This document shows, one piece after another, positions 37,712 through 47,883 of a DNA stretch of 64,000 bases. Each line of letters opens with the position of its first letter. Position 1 is the first letter of the stretch. The notes below the pieces were generated by a model. The model was not told the DNA's origin. It made no database searches and worked only from the letters and a program-made list of their open reading frames with translations. Source of the stretch: Escherichia coli. Its GTDB lineage: Bacteria; Pseudomonadota; Gammaproteobacteria; Enterobacterales; Enterobacteriaceae. The stretch is taken from the NCBI RefSeq assembly GCF_016903815.1, contig NZ_CP069973.1; one strand, given 5' to 3'. The translations under genes and the position numbers were made by a program.

Positions 37712-39292
37712 TTATTGCATCAGTTGGTTAACCGCCTGTTGTTGCTCCCAAAGCGTCAGGTAAACCCGGTATTTACGCTCTAAAAATTCACGGCGTTGTG
37801 GATTTACCTGAATAATCTCTCCGGCTTCAACCATTGCTTTACACGCAGATGTAAAATCCCCCCATGCTCCGCTGGCAACAGCGCCGCTAATTGCTGCGCC
37901 CAACGTAACGGCATCTTCTTCTTGCATCAGGTGGATATCGCAACCTGTCACGTCTGCATATTCGCGTAGCCATAAAGGGTTGTGCGTTGCACCACCACAT
38001 AATGTTAATCGGGTAATGGTATGCCCATTTTCCCGCAGAGTTTCAATAATATGTCTGGTGCCAAAGGCTATTGCCTGTAAAGTCGCAAGATAAAGTCGCG
38101 CGAGCTGATTTTCACCACGCTCCAGTGTTAAGCCATAAACACTGCCTCTGGCATCGGGCCGCGCTCGTGGCGAACGGTTGCCGTGATGATCGGCAAGCAC
38201 ATGTAAATTTCGTGTGGGTTCTGACTCGTTAGCTTCAAGGGCTGCTACCCATTCATTAATCAGTTGAATCGGATGACATCCGCGTTGCTGCGCCTTGTGA
38301 AAAAGATTTGCGCTTGCCCCTGACTCCTGAAGCGTCCACTCCACCAGCGCCCCTGCGGCGCTTTGCCCGCCTTCGGTTAGCCAGTAATTTGGCAACATGG
38401 CCGACCAGTATGGCCCCCAGACGCCAGGGGTGAATATCTCTTTTTCACTACACAGCATATGGCAGTTCGACGTTCCGCTTATCAATGCCAGCGTTCCTAA
38501 TGGGTGAGCGCCAGCCAGCGCCACGCCACCGGCATGGGCATCAATCAAGCCACTGGCCACGATAACATTAGTCGTTAATCCTAACTCTTCAGCAGCTGTG
38601 GCGGTTAACGTTCCCACGGCAGCGCCAGGCGGAAGAATGTCGGCAGGAATTCTTTCAAGCATATCGGTCAGGTCTATCGATTCCAGTAAGCTATGGCTAA
38701 AGCGTTGCTCATGAGCTAGATAATTCCATTTACACGTTAGCGTGCATAATCCCGCGACGTCTCGCCCTGTTGCTTTCCAGACCAGAAAATCCGCCAGATC
38801 GAAAAAGCGATGAGCGGCCTGCCAGGTTTGCGGTAGATGCGTCTTCAACCAACGTAACTTTGGTAACTCCATCTCGACGCTCACTTCGCCGCCAACGTAG
38901 CGCAATGCGGGATCCTTCATTGCGTTAATCTGCGCCGTCTCGACAGTTGCACGATGATCCATCCACATAATAATGTCGTGATTCGCAGATCCACCGGACG
39001 AAACCGCTAAACCCTGGCCTTGTTCATCAAGAACAACCAGCGAGCAGGTAGCGTCAAAACCCAGTGAGCGAATTGCGGAAATGGGGATGCCTGCCAAAGC
39101 TGTCGCCTCTTTCACCGTTTTACAAACTTGTTGCCAGATCTCTGCCGAAGACTGTTCGACACGCTCGCCGCCAGGGCGAAACTGGGAGACGGGCGCAGTA
39201 GCGAATGCCAGCCTGTGGCCACTGGCACTGTAAACGCCTGCCCTGACACTGGCCGATCCGACATCGACACCGAGAAAATAACCGTTGTGCAT
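37712..39292 (-). CDS. FGGY-family pentulose-type kinase (candidate D-ribulokinase)
   Basis: ORF 37712..39412; start set at MHNGYFLGVDVGSASVRAGVY with AGGGAGG RBS (527 aa); DHHGNRSP motif typical of the ribulokinase/pentulose-kinase branch. Confidence 0.8.
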   Translation of the reverse strand: MHNGYFLGVDVGSASVRAGVYSASGHRLAFATAPVSQFRPGGERVEQSSAEIWQQVCKTVKEATALAGIPISAIRSLGFDATCSLVVLDEQGQGLAVSSGGSANHDIIMWMDHRATVETAQINAMKDPALRYVGGEVSVEMELPKLRWLKTHLPQTWQAAHRFFDLADFLVWKATGRDVAGLCTLTCKWNYLAHEQRFSHSLLESIDLTDMLERIPADILPPGAAVGTLTATAAEELGLTTNVIVASGLIDAHAGGVALAGAHPLGTLALISGTSNCHMLCSEKEIFTPGVWGPYWSAMLPNYWLTEGGQSAAGALVEWTLQESGASANLFHKAQQRGCHPIQLINEWVAALEANESEPTRNLHVLADHHGNRSPRARPDARGSVYGLTLERGENQLARLYLATLQAIAFGTRHIIETLRENGHTITRLTLCGGATHNPLWLREYADVTGCDIHLMQEEDAVTLGAAISGAVASGAWGDFTSACKAMVEAGEIIQVNPQRREFLERKYRVYLTLWEQQQAVNQLMQ

Positions 39293-39344
39293 AAAGCCTC
39301 CCTGACGCTGGAGATAACGGGGATGAAAATTCATCCCCAATTTT

Positions 39345-40295
39345 TTATTTCTTACCGAATGGGTGCAGGAGTTTGTCGATTTCTGGCGTGTTAATATTCT
39401 CGGCATTAACAAATTTCACGGGAATATCGATCTCTTTTTCAACGGCTTGCCCCGAAAGGGCCGCGTTCAACGTTTTGATCCCTTGATAGCCAATCTGGTA
39501 TGCATCCTGAACAACAAAGCCCTGAATGACGCCGTTCTTCAGGAAGTTAATAATCGCTTCCGTACTATCAAAACCAATGACCTTCACCTTACCTTTCAGA
39601 TTCTGGCTATCAATGGCATTCGCCACCCCGAGCGTTGAACCTTCATTGGTGCCATAGATCCCAGCAAGATCGGGATTGGCCTGAATCATATCGATAGTTT
39701 TATCCATCGCTTTTTGCGGGTCACCATCGCTGTACTGAACGGGTAAGACTTTAATGTCAGGATATTTTTCTTTCATACGCTCCATGAAGCCTTCCGAGCG
39801 TTCAATAGCGGAAGATGTTCCTGCAACGTGCGCGATAATCCCAACTTTCCCTTTATTATTTACCTGCGAGGCTAAGGCATCAGCTGCCTGAGCACCTGCT
39901 TTACGGTTATTGGTGGCGACAAAACTCACCGGAATGTCTGAATTGATGCCTGAATCAAAGGTCACCACTTTGATACCGCGTGAATTTGCCGTTTCTACCA
40001 GTGGGGCGAGCGCATTCGCGTCGAGGGCTGCCAGAAGCAAGCCATTCGGTTTCTGCGCCATCGCATTTTCGACTAACTGAATTTGCTCGGCTATTTGCGT
40101 TTCATCAGCCGGGCCAACATAGCTGGTTTTATCCCCCAACTCTTTAGCCGCAGCTTCAGTCCCCATTTTTACGGTTTGCCAGAATTCATGTTGGAAACCT
40201 TTACTAACAACCGGAAGATTTAAATCCTTCGCCAGTGCGCTGGAACTTACGCAAGCCAGCAGAGATAACGCATAGATAAAATGCCTGGTTTTCAT
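39345..40295 (-). CDS. periplasmic sugar-binding protein (RbsB-like) of the ABC transporter
   Basis: ORF 39345..40418; start set at MKTRHFIYALSLLACVSSSALA (signal peptide) giving 316 aa. Confidence 0.8.
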   Translation of the reverse strand: MKTRHFIYALSLLACVSSSALAKDLNLPVVSKGFQHEFWQTVKMGTEAAAKELGDKTSYVGPADETQIAEQIQLVENAMAQKPNGLLLAALDANALAPLVETANSRGIKVVTFDSGINSDIPVSFVATNNRKAGAQAADALASQVNNKGKVGIIAHVAGTSSAIERSEGFMERMKEKYPDIKVLPVQYSDGDPQKAMDKTIDMIQANPDLAGIYGTNEGSTLGVANAIDSQNLKGKVKVIGFDSTEAIINFLKNGVIQGFVVQDAYQIGYQGIKTLNAALSGQAVEKEIDIPVKFVNAENINTPEIDKLLHPFGKK

Positions 40296-40368
40296 TGTTG
40301 TACTCCGTTCTGAGTGAATCACCCTTAACGTCAGGGCAGTTGTTTCCCGATAAAACAGGGAGCCTAAG

Positions 40369-41352
40369 TCAACGAATCTTTTTGCGTAATGTATCGAGGT
40401 AAACGGCAGCGACCACAACGACGCCCATCGCGACCATTTGCCAGAACTGGGAGACGCCCATTAAATTGAGGCCATTTTTCAGTACACTCATAATGAAAGC
40501 GCCAATGATTGTGCCGCCAATAGTGCCAATACCGCCCATTAAGCTGGTTCCGCCAATCACTACCGCGGCAATAGCTTCCAGTTCATAACCCACACCTACC
40601 GTCGGTTGTCCGGAGTTGAGACGAGATGCCAGAATGACACCTGCAATCCCCGTTAATAATCCACAGAAGGCATAGACGAAAATTTTCACGCGCTGAACTT
40701 TAATACCAGAAAGATGAGCAGCAACTTCATTACTGCCTACGGCATAGACATAGCGACCAATGACGGTTTTCTTCAGGATGTAAGCGCCGACAAGCGCTAC
40801 AATGACAAGGTAGAAAACAGGATAAGGCAGCACATCAAATAAGCGTCCCTGAGCGAGCGTTTTGAACATCGGGTAATCGGCAAAATAGATGGCGCGCCCG
40901 TCGGTCATCACCATATTGATACCTCTGACGGACATCATCAGGCCCAAGGTAGCGATAAATGGTGGAATGGTCATTTTAGTGACCAACAAACCATTCACAT
41001 AGCCGCACATTCCACCGGCTAAAACACCGGCAATAATACACACTGGCAGCGGCAGGCCCAGTGTGGCGCAAATCCCCACGGCGACACCAGAAAAAGCCAC
41101 CACGGAGCCCAATGAAAGATCGATGCCCGCGGTAATAATGACGAAAGTTACCCCAATGGCCATAATGCCGATAACCGACGTTTGCAGAGCAATCGTCATG
41201 ATATTTTCGGTATTAAAGAAAAAGGGAGAGCTGAAACTAAAAAACAGCACTAATATAATTAAGCTAAAAAGAGGCGCAAGGCGCATCAAAAGTTCTTTAT
41301 TTATCTTTATTTTCTTATTATTACTGTCTGGAGAGGTTACAGAGATAGTCAT
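40369..41352 (-). CDS. sugar ABC transporter permease (RbsC-like)
   Basis: 327-aa hydrophobic ORF with multiple TM segments. Confidence 0.8.
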   Translation of the reverse strand: MTISVTSPDSNNKKIKINKELLMRLAPLFSLIILVLFFSFSSPFFFNTENIMTIALQTSVIGIMAIGVTFVIITAGIDLSLGSVVAFSGVAVGICATLGLPLPVCIIAGVLAGGMCGYVNGLLVTKMTIPPFIATLGLMMSVRGINMVMTDGRAIYFADYPMFKTLAQGRLFDVLPYPVFYLVIVALVGAYILKKTVIGRYVYAVGSNEVAAHLSGIKVQRVKIFVYAFCGLLTGIAGVILASRLNSGQPTVGVGYELEAIAAVVIGGTSLMGGIGTIGGTIIGAFIMSVLKNGLNLMGVSQFWQMVAMGVVVVAAVYLDTLRKKIR

Positions 41353-41355
41353 AAT

Positions 41356-42870
41356 TTAATCCTCTAACGTCGCGTATTGCATAATTTTTTCTTGTGTCGC
41401 TTCTTTTGCGCTAAGTTCGCCGGTAATTCGACCACTGCGCATCACTAAAATACGGTCGCACATTCCTAACACCTCAGGCAATTCAGAGGAGATCATGATG
41501 ATTGATTTCCCTTTTGCCACCAGGCGATTCATTAACTCATAGATTTCCAGTTTGGCGCCAACATCAATGCCGCGAGTGGGTTCATCGAAGATTAAAATAT
41601 CAGTATCTTTACACACCCAACGTGCAATTATAATTTTCTGCTGGTTTCCTCCACTTAGATTTAATGCCGCCTGTTCAAGATTTGGCGTTTTAATCCTTAA
41701 CGCTTTTACCTGTTCCTCACTGGTTTGTTGGCAACGACGCGAATCGACATTCCCAAAACGATCGGAATATTCAGGGTAGTTTCCTAACATAATATTTCGT
41801 TCAACAGATAAATTCAGCGCCAGCCCTTCTTTTTTGCGGTCTTCCGTCAGGTAACTAATTCCCTGCTGAATAGCATCCGAAATATCTTTAATAACGGTTT
41901 CCTTACCATTTAATTTTAGCGTTCCGCTGTCAATAGAATCCGCACCAAAAATCGCACGCGCAAGTTCAGTACGCCCCGCGCCCATCAGTCCGGCAAAGCC
42001 GAGGATCTCGCCACGATAAAGCGTAAAATTAATATCGTTCAGGACGCCTTTGCGCGTCAGTCCGTTTACCTCCAGAACCGGAATCCGCTGCTGCAAGGCC
42101 TCGCGGCGGGGATAGATATTCCCTAAATCGCGACCAACCATCATGGCAATCAGATCGCTGATTTTTACGCACTCATAATCCACCGTGCTGATGTACTGAC
42201 CATCACGCATTACAGTCGCACGGTCGGCAATTAGCGCCAACTCTTCCAGACGGTGGGAGATATAAACAATGCCGGTCCCCTGCTCTTTCAATAACCGGGT
42301 GACGCGAAATAAGCTTTCAATTTCAGTTTCTGTTAACGCCGCAGTAGGTTCATCCATAATGAGAATCCTGGCGTTAACTGAAATGGCCTTGGCAATTTCT
42401 ACCATCTGCTGCTGAGCTACCGTAAGGTCGGCAACCAGAGTATCTGGTTTGATCGCCAAATTTAATTTTTGCAAAATTTCAATCGTCGCCTGGCGTTGCT
42501 GTTTTTCATCCAGACGCCAGCGATTTTTTTTACAAAACTCCCTGCCGATAAAAATATTTTCTTCTACTGTAAGCTCGGGAAATAAATTAAATTCCTGGTG
42601 AATAATAGTAATACCTACGTTTTGCGCACTTAACGGATCAGAAAATGAGACTGGTTTATCTTCAAAAATTATTTCGCCTTCATCAGGTTGATAAACCCCC
42701 GACAAAATTTTCATTAAGGTAGATTTTCCTGCACCATTTTCACCTAATAATGCATGAACCTCGCCCCGGCGTAGGGAAAATTGCACGTCATTAAGCGCCA
42801 ACACTCCAGGAAAGCGTTTGGTGATATGCTTCATTTGCAAAAATGTTTCGGACATTGCAGCTTTCCTCAA
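41356..42870 (-). CDS. sugar ABC transporter ATP-binding protein with two NBDs (RbsA/CUT2-like)
   Basis: 504-aa ORF with Walker A GENGAGKST, second P-loop GLMGAGRTE and signature LSGGNQQK. Confidence 0.85.
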   Translation of the reverse strand: MRKAAMSETFLQMKHITKRFPGVLALNDVQFSLRRGEVHALLGENGAGKSTLMKILSGVYQPDEGEIIFEDKPVSFSDPLSAQNVGITIIHQEFNLFPELTVEENIFIGREFCKKNRWRLDEKQQRQATIEILQKLNLAIKPDTLVADLTVAQQQMVEIAKAISVNARILIMDEPTAALTETEIESLFRVTRLLKEQGTGIVYISHRLEELALIADRATVMRDGQYISTVDYECVKISDLIAMMVGRDLGNIYPRREALQQRIPVLEVNGLTRKGVLNDINFTLYRGEILGFAGLMGAGRTELARAIFGADSIDSGTLKLNGKETVIKDISDAIQQGISYLTEDRKKEGLALNLSVERNIMLGNYPEYSDRFGNVDSRRCQQTSEEQVKALRIKTPNLEQAALNLSGGNQQKIIIARWVCKDTDILIFDEPTRGIDVGAKLEIYELMNRLVAKGKSIIMISSELPEVLGMCDRILVMRSGRITGELSAKEATQEKIMQYATLED

Positions 42871-42987
42871 TAATCAGAAACTGAAAATGTGAAGTACGGC
42901 ATAAACGTCGCTACTAAAGCCATCTCCACTGTGATACGAATAACCTTTGAATAAATATTCATCGCATCAATCTATTCTTCGCATTTT

Positions 42988-43003
42988 GCTAACTCGAGTT
43001 AGC
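42988..43003. promoter_or_regulatory. 16-bp perfect palindrome GCTAACTCGAGTTAGC (candidate operator), upstream of the ABC operon
   Basis: Read directly; 118 bp upstream of the ATPase start codon on the minus strand; identical to the site at 43227. Confidence 0.5.
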
Positions 43004-43226
43004 GATCGCCTTTTAAAGCTATTTTAGGTATACAAATTAGCCAAATCATTTGAGTTAAAACTGTGATGCATAACCATTAAAATCTAATAACCATATGATT
43101 ATACGTAAAATTTATTTTTCTCCCGCTAAATAATAATTTGACAGAGATCGTATTTTAACCACTTCTCGTGAAGCCCCTCACATTTCAACAACAAAAAAGT
43201 TGTGCATAAAAAGCCTACAAACCTAA

Positions 43227-43242
43227 GCTAACTCGAGTTAGC
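43227..43242. promoter_or_regulatory. 16-bp perfect palindrome GCTAACTCGAGTTAGC (candidate operator), upstream of fucI
   Basis: Read directly; 83 bp upstream of the fucI ATG; identical to the site at 42988, 239 bp away. Confidence 0.5.
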
Positions 43243-43324
43243 AAATAATGACCAATACTACTGCTTCGGTGGTTTCCTTTCTCCGCCTTAGCAGAGCGCC
43301 AATAAAGCGAGATGAGGAATCCTG

Positions 43325-45100
43325 ATGAAAATTAATACGTTACCGAAAATTGGTATCCGCCCGGTTATTGACGGTCGTCGCATGGGTGTTCGTGAGTCGC
43401 TTGAAGAACAAACAATGAATATGGCGAAAGCCACGGCCACACTGCTGACCGAGAAACTGCGCCATGCCTGCGGAGCTGCCGTCGAGTGTGTCATTTCCGA
43501 TACCTGTATCGCGGGTATGGCTGAAGCCGCTGCTTGCGAAGAAAAATTCAGCAGCCAGAATGTAGGCCTCACCATTACGGTAACGCCTTGCTGGTGCTAT
43601 GGCAGTGAAACCATCGACATGGATCCAACCCGCCCGAAAGCCATTTGGGGCTTTAACGGCACTGAACGTCCCGGCGCTGTTTACCTGGCAGCGGCTCTGG
43701 CAGCTCACAGCCAGAAAGGCATCCCGGCATTCTCCATTTACGGTCATGACGTTCAGGATGCCGATGACACATCGATTCCAGCCGATGTTGAAGAAAAACT
43801 GCTGCGCTTTGCCCGCGCCGGTTTGGCAGTCGCCAGCATGAAAGGTAAAAGCTATCTGTCGCTGGGCGGCGTTTCGATGGGTATCGCTGGTTCCATCGTT
43901 GATCACAACTTCTTTGAATCCTGGCTGGGAATGAAAGTCCAGGCGGTGGATATGACCGAACTGCGTCGCCGTATCGATCAGAAGATTTACGACGAAGCCG
44001 AACTGGAAATGGCGCTGGCCTGGGCTGATAAAAACTTCCGCTACGGCGAAGATGAAAATAACAAACAGTATCAACGCAATGCCGAGCAAAGCCGCGCAGT
44101 TCTGCGCGAAAGTTTACTGATGGTGATGTGTATCCGCGACATGATGCAAGGCAACAGCAAACTGGCCGATATTGGTCGCGTGGAAGAATCACTTGGCTAC
44201 AACGCCATCGCTGCGGGCTTCCAGGGACAACGCCACTGGACCGATCAATATCCCAATGGTGACACTGCCGAAGCGATCCTCAACAGTTCATTTGACTGGA
44301 ATGGCGTGCGCGAACCCTTTGTCGTGGCGACCGAAAACGACAGTCTTAACGGCGTGGCAATGCTAATGGGTCACCAGCTCACCGGCACCGCTCAGGTATT
44401 TGCCGATGTGCGTACCTACTGGTCACCAGAAGCAATTGAGCGTGTAACGGGGCATAAACTCGATGGACTGGCAGAACACGGCATCATCCATTTGATCAAC
44501 TCAGGTTCTGCTGCGCTGGACGGTTCCTGTAAACAACGCGACAGCGAAGGTAACCCGACGATGAAGCCACACTGGGAAATCTCTCAGCAAGAGGCTGACG
44601 CTTGCCTCGCCGCTACCGAATGGTGCCCGGCGATCCACGAATACTTCCGTGGCGGCGGTTACTCTTCCCGCTTCCTTACCGAAGGCGGCGTCCCGTTCAC
44701 CATGACTCGTGTCAACATCATCAAAGGCCTGGGACCGGTACTGCAAATCGCGGAAGGCTGGAGCGTGGAATTGCCGAAGGATGTGCATGACATCCTCAAC
44801 AAACGCACCAACTCAACCTGGCCAACCACCTGGTTTGCACCGCGCCTCACCGGTAAAGGGCCGTTTACGGATGTGTACTCGGTAATGGCGAACTGGGGCG
44901 CTAACCATGGGGTTCTGACCATCGGCCACGTTGGCGCAGACTTTATCACTCTCGCCTCCATGCTGCGTATCCCGGTATGTATGCACAACGTTGAAGAGAC
45001 CAAAGTGTATCGTCCTTCTGCCTGGGCTGCGCACGGCATGGATATTGAAGGCCAGGATTACCGCGCTTGCCAGAACTACGGTCCGTTGTACAAGCGTTAA
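43325..45100 (+). CDS. fucI: L-fucose isomerase
   Basis: 591-aa [41 protein letters not shown]...; GAGGAA RBS. Confidence 0.95.
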   Translation: MKINTLPKIGIRPVIDGRRMGVRESLEEQTMNMAKATATLLTEKLRHACGAAVECVISDTCIAGMAEAAACEEKFSSQNVGLTITVTPCWCYGSETIDMDPTRPKAIWGFNGTERPGAVYLAAALAAHSQKGIPAFSIYGHDVQDADDTSIPADVEEKLLRFARAGLAVASMKGKSYLSLGGVSMGIAGSIVDHNFFESWLGMKVQAVDMTELRRRIDQKIYDEAELEMALAWADKNFRYGEDENNKQYQRNAEQSRAVLRESLLMVMCIRDMMQGNSKLADIGRVEESLGYNAIAAGFQGQRHWTDQYPNGDTAEAILNSSFDWNGVREPFVVATENDSLNGVAMLMGHQLTGTAQVFADVRTYWSPEAIERVTGHKLDGLAEHGIIHLINSGSAALDGSCKQRDSEGNPTMKPHWEISQQEADACLAATEWCPAIHEYFRGGGYSSRFLTEGGVPFTMTRVNIIKGLGPVLQIAEGWSVELPKDVHDILNKRTNSTWPTTWFAPRLTGKGPFTDVYSVMANWGANHGVLTIGHVGADFITLASMLRIPVCMHNVEETKVYRPSAWAAHGMDIEGQDYRACQNYGPLYKR

Positions 45101-45178
45101 TACATTACTCCCTGATGTGATGCCCGGTCGCTCCGGCTACCGGGCCTGAACAAGCAAGAGTGGTTAGCCGGATAAGCA

Positions 45179-46627
45179 ATGTTATCCGGCTATATTGCAG
45201 GAGCGATTATGAAACAAGAAGTTATCCTGGTACTCGACTGTGGCGCGACCAATGTCAGGGCCATCGCGGTTAATCGGCAGGGCAAAATTGTTGCCCGCGC
45301 CTCAACGCCTAATGCCAGCGATATCGCGATGGAAAACAACACCTGGCACCAGTGGTCTTTAGACGCCATTTTGCAACGCTTTGCTGATTGCTGTCGGCAA
45401 ATCAATAGTGAACTGACTGAATGCCACATCCGCGGTATCGCCGTCACCACCTTTGGTGTGGATGGCGCTCTGGTAGATAAGCAAGGCAATCTGCTCTATC
45501 CGATCATTAGCTGGAAATGTCCGCGAACAGCAGCGGTTATGGACAATATTGAACAGTTGATCTCCGCACAGCGGTTGCAGGCTATTTCTGGCGTCGGAGC
45601 CTTTAGTTTCAATACGTTATATAAGTTGGTGTGGTTGAAAGAAAATCATCCACAACTGCTGGAACGCGCGCACGCCTGGCTCTTCATTTCGTCGCTGATT
45701 AACCACCGTTTAACCGGCGAATTCACTACTGATATCACGATGGCCGGAACCAGCCAGATGCTGGATATCCAGCAACGCGATTTCAGTCCGCAAATTTTAC
45801 AAGCCACCGGTATTCCACACCGACTCTTCCCTCGTCTGGTGGAAGCGGGTGAACAGATTGGTACGCTACAGAACAGCGCCGCAGCAATGCTCGGCTTACC
45901 CGTTGGCATACCGGTGATTTCCGCAGGTCACGATACCCAGTTCGCCCTTTTTGGCGCAGGTGCCGAACAAAATGAACCCGTGCTCTCCTCCGGTACATGG
46001 GAAATTTTAATGGTTCGCAGCGCCCAGGTTGATACTTCGCTGTTAAGTCAGTACGCCGGTTCCACCTGCGAACTGGATAGCCAGGCAGGGTTGTATAACC
46101 CAGGTATGCAATGGCTGGCATCCGGCGTGCTGGAATGGGTGAGAAAACTGTTCTGGACGGCTGAAACACCCTGGCAAATGTTGATTGAAGAGGCTCGTCT
46201 GATCGCGCCTGGCGCGGATGGCGTGAAAATGCAGTGTGATTTATTGTCGTGTCAGAACGCTGGCTGGCAAGGAGTGACGCTTAATACTACGCGGGGGCAT
46301 TTCTATCGCGCGGCGCTGGAAGGGTTAACTGCGCAATTACAGCGCAATCTACAGATGCTGGAAAAAATCGGGCACTTTAAAGCCTCTGAATTATTGTTAG
46401 TCGGCGGAGGAAGTCGCAACACATTGTGGAATCAGATTAAAGCCAATATGCTTGATATTCCGGTAAAAGTTCTCGACGATGCCGAAACGACCGTCGCAGG
46501 AGCTGCGCTGTTCGGTTGGTATGGCGTAGGGGAATTTAACAGCCCGGAAGAAGCCCGTGCACAGATTCATTATCAGTACCGTTATTTCTACCCGCAAACT
46601 GAACCTGAATTTATAGAGGAAGTGTGA
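45179..46627 (+). CDS. fucK: L-fuculokinase
   Basis: 482-aa FGGY kinase ORF; synteny. Confidence 0.93.
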
Positions 46628-46628
46628 A

Positions 46629-47051
46629 ATGCTGAAAACAATTTCGCCGTTAATTTCTCCCGAACTATTGAAAGTGCTGGCAGAGATGGGACATGGAGAT
46701 GAAATTATTTTTTCCGATGCTCACTTTCCCGCCCATTCGATGGGACCGCAGGTGATCCGCGCTGATGGCCTGTTGGTGAGCGACTTGCTCCAGGCGATTA
46801 TCCCGTTATTTGAACTGGACAGTTACGCACCGCCGCTGGTGATGATGGCAGCGGTAGAAGGTGACACTCTCGATCCTGAAGTAGAACGACGTTACCGTAA
46901 TGCGCTTTCACTACAAGCCCCGTGTCCTGACATCATCCGCATCAATCGTTTTGCGTTTTATGAACGGGCGCAAAAAGCCTTTGCGATCGTTATCACAGGC
47001 GAACGAGCGAAGTACGGGAATATTCTTTTAAAAAAAGGGGTAACACCGTAA
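46629..47051 (+). CDS. fucU: L-fucose mutarotase
   Basis: 140-aa ORF; synteny. Confidence 0.93.
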
Positions 47052-47108
47052 TCTCATACCGGTACGCCCGCATGACGCGGGCGGTTATCGAATGATGGGG
47101 TGAAAAAT

Positions 47109-47840
47109 ATGAAAGCGGCACGCCAGCAAGCGATAGTCGACCTGCTGCTGAACCATACCAGCCTGACCACGGAAGCTCTCTCTGAACAGCTAAAGGTCAG
47201 TAAAGAAACCATTCGTCGCGATCTCAATGAATTACAGACGCAGGGTAAAATTCTGCGCAATCATGGACGCGCTAAATATATCCACCGTCAAAATCAAGAC
47301 AGTGGCGATCCCTTTCACATCAGGCTGAAAAGCCATTATGCGCATAAAGCAGATATCGCGCGCGAGGCGCTCGCGTGGATTGAAGAAGGGATGGTGATAG
47401 CCTTAGACGCCAGTTCAACTTGCTGGTATCTGGCACGCCAGTTGCCTGACATCAACATTCAGGTCTTCACCAATAGCCATCCGATTTGCCATGAACTCGG
47501 TAAACGCGAACGCATTCAACTGATCAGTTCCGGCGGCACACTTGAGCGCAAATATGGCTGTTACGTCAATCCCTCGCTGATTTCCCAACTTAAATCGCTG
47601 GAAATCGATCTGTTTATTTTTTCTTGTGAAGGGATCGATAGCAGCGGCGCACTGTGGGACTCCAATGCCATCAACGCTGATTACAAATCGATGCTATTAA
47701 AACGTGCCGCGCAATCGTTGTTATTGATTGATAAAAGTAAATTTAATCGTTCAGGGGAAGCCCGCATCGGGCATCTGGATGAGGTAACGCACATTATTTC
47801 TGATGAGCGCCAGGTTGCAACTTCTTTGGTAATAGCCTGA
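47109..47840 (+). CDS. fucR: DeoR-family L-fucose operon activator
   Basis: ORF 47100..47840; start set at MKAARQQAIVDLLLNHTSL giving 243 aa. Confidence 0.9.
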   Translation: MKAARQQAIVDLLLNHTSLTTEALSEQLKVSKETIRRDLNELQTQGKILRNHGRAKYIHRQNQDSGDPFHIRLKSHYAHKADIAREALAWIEEGMVIALDASSTCWYLARQLPDINIQVFTNSHPICHELGKRERIQLISSGGTLERKYGCYVNPSLISQLKSLEIDLFIFSCEGIDSSGALWDSNAINADYKSMLLKRAAQSLLLIDKSKFNRSGEARIGHLDEVTHIISDERQVATSLVIA

Positions 47841-47883
47841 CGGAAAGGGTAGCAGGCCGGAGACGACGCCCCGGCCTTGCCTG

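Larger units (their letters stand above)
36517..43324. other. Accessory island replacing fucP: sugar ABC transporter, FGGY kinase and LacI-family regulator
   Basis: Five minus-strand genes between fucA and fucI where K-12 has only fucP; no MFS fucP-like ORF in the window; parts look visibly AT-richer than the flanks; no integrase or transposase. Confidence 0.8.

Noticed and set aside
39293-40418. Longer 5' extensions of the island kinase (to 39412) and binding protein (to 40418) given in the ORF track
   Set aside because: The internal starts at 39292 and 40295 have good Shine-Dalgarno sequences and give a canonical FGGY N-terminus and a signal peptide respectively; the extensions are upstream read-through.
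42988-43242. The two CTCGAG (XhoI) sites as evidence of a synthetic or cloned construct
   Set aside because: CTCGAG is simply the core of a natural palindrome; no vector sequence, selection marker or scar lies nearby, and a regulatory operator is the simpler explanation.
36517-43324. The island as a mobile element or prophage
   Set aside because: No integrase, transposase, inverted terminal repeats, direct-repeat target duplication or tRNA attachment site is visible; it looks like a recombination-derived replacement.
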